Shown: positions 52,175 to 52,201 of the stretch, in pieces
How positions within the stretch are numbered: the stretch's first letter is position 1
Layout: each line of letters starts with the position of its first letter
IMG/VR virus record: IMGVR_UViG_3300045970_000109
Coordinates: 1-52,201 of that record
Source: a virus
Taxonomy: Duplodnaviria; Caudoviricetes
Length of the DNA stretch: 52,201 bases
Strand: one strand, 5' to 3'
Notes under the pieces: model-generated
What the model was told of the DNA's origin: nothing
Seen by the model: only the letters and a program-made list of their open reading frames with translations
Database searches by the model: none
Position numbers and translations under genes: made by a program

Positions 52175-52201
52175 TGGTGCGCCCAGAGGGATTTGAACCC
52201 C
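52175..52201 (-). tRNA. tRNA 3' end (truncated by window)
   Basis: GGGGTTCAAATCCCTCTGGGCGCACCA. Confidence 0.8.

Noticed and set aside
1-52201. Genome-wide TAG recoding
   Set aside because: Standard-code ORFs tile the window densely and many end in TAG right before the next gene.

Overview
This is a 52 kb segment of a large (jumbo-type) bacteriophage genome in standard genetic code. Nearly all genes are on the minus strand; six of eight free-standing homing endonucleases are the exception. Protein content: HU, a MoxR AAA+/vWA-metallopeptidase pair, ThyX, dNMP kinase, a deaminase, an SLT, Hsp20, M16 and HslV-type proteases, two nucleotidyltransferases, an Rnl2-type RNA ligase, a PNK-like kinase, two metallophosphoesterases, a Pth2-like protein, a hemerythrin and many unknown ORFs. 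There are 13 complete tRNA genes plus one partial, several of them unusual. The best candidate for an undescribed system is a DUF2828 (TROVE/Ro60-like + vWA) gene at 36685-38166. It is flanked by 8 of at least 14 copies of a small RNA family: a closing stem, a bulged C(A/U/C)GCAA-type motif, and a variable cargo. One cargo is a circularly permuted tRNA (YrlA Y-RNA architecture) and another is a bare tRNA-Asn anticodon arm. A second striking element is an amber-suppressor tRNA(CUA) directly upstream of a leader reading MKKL-UAG-VSTRPP-UGA-UAA-UAG, whose end is paired with the RBS of the Pth2-like gene, suggesting a readthrough-gated switch. Also present: two CCA-ended tRNA-like RNAs with foreign interiors, an interrupted tRNA-Leu, a six-member LYLPTG paralog family and two positional promoter-like motifs. 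All calls were made by eye; no database search or folding program was run.
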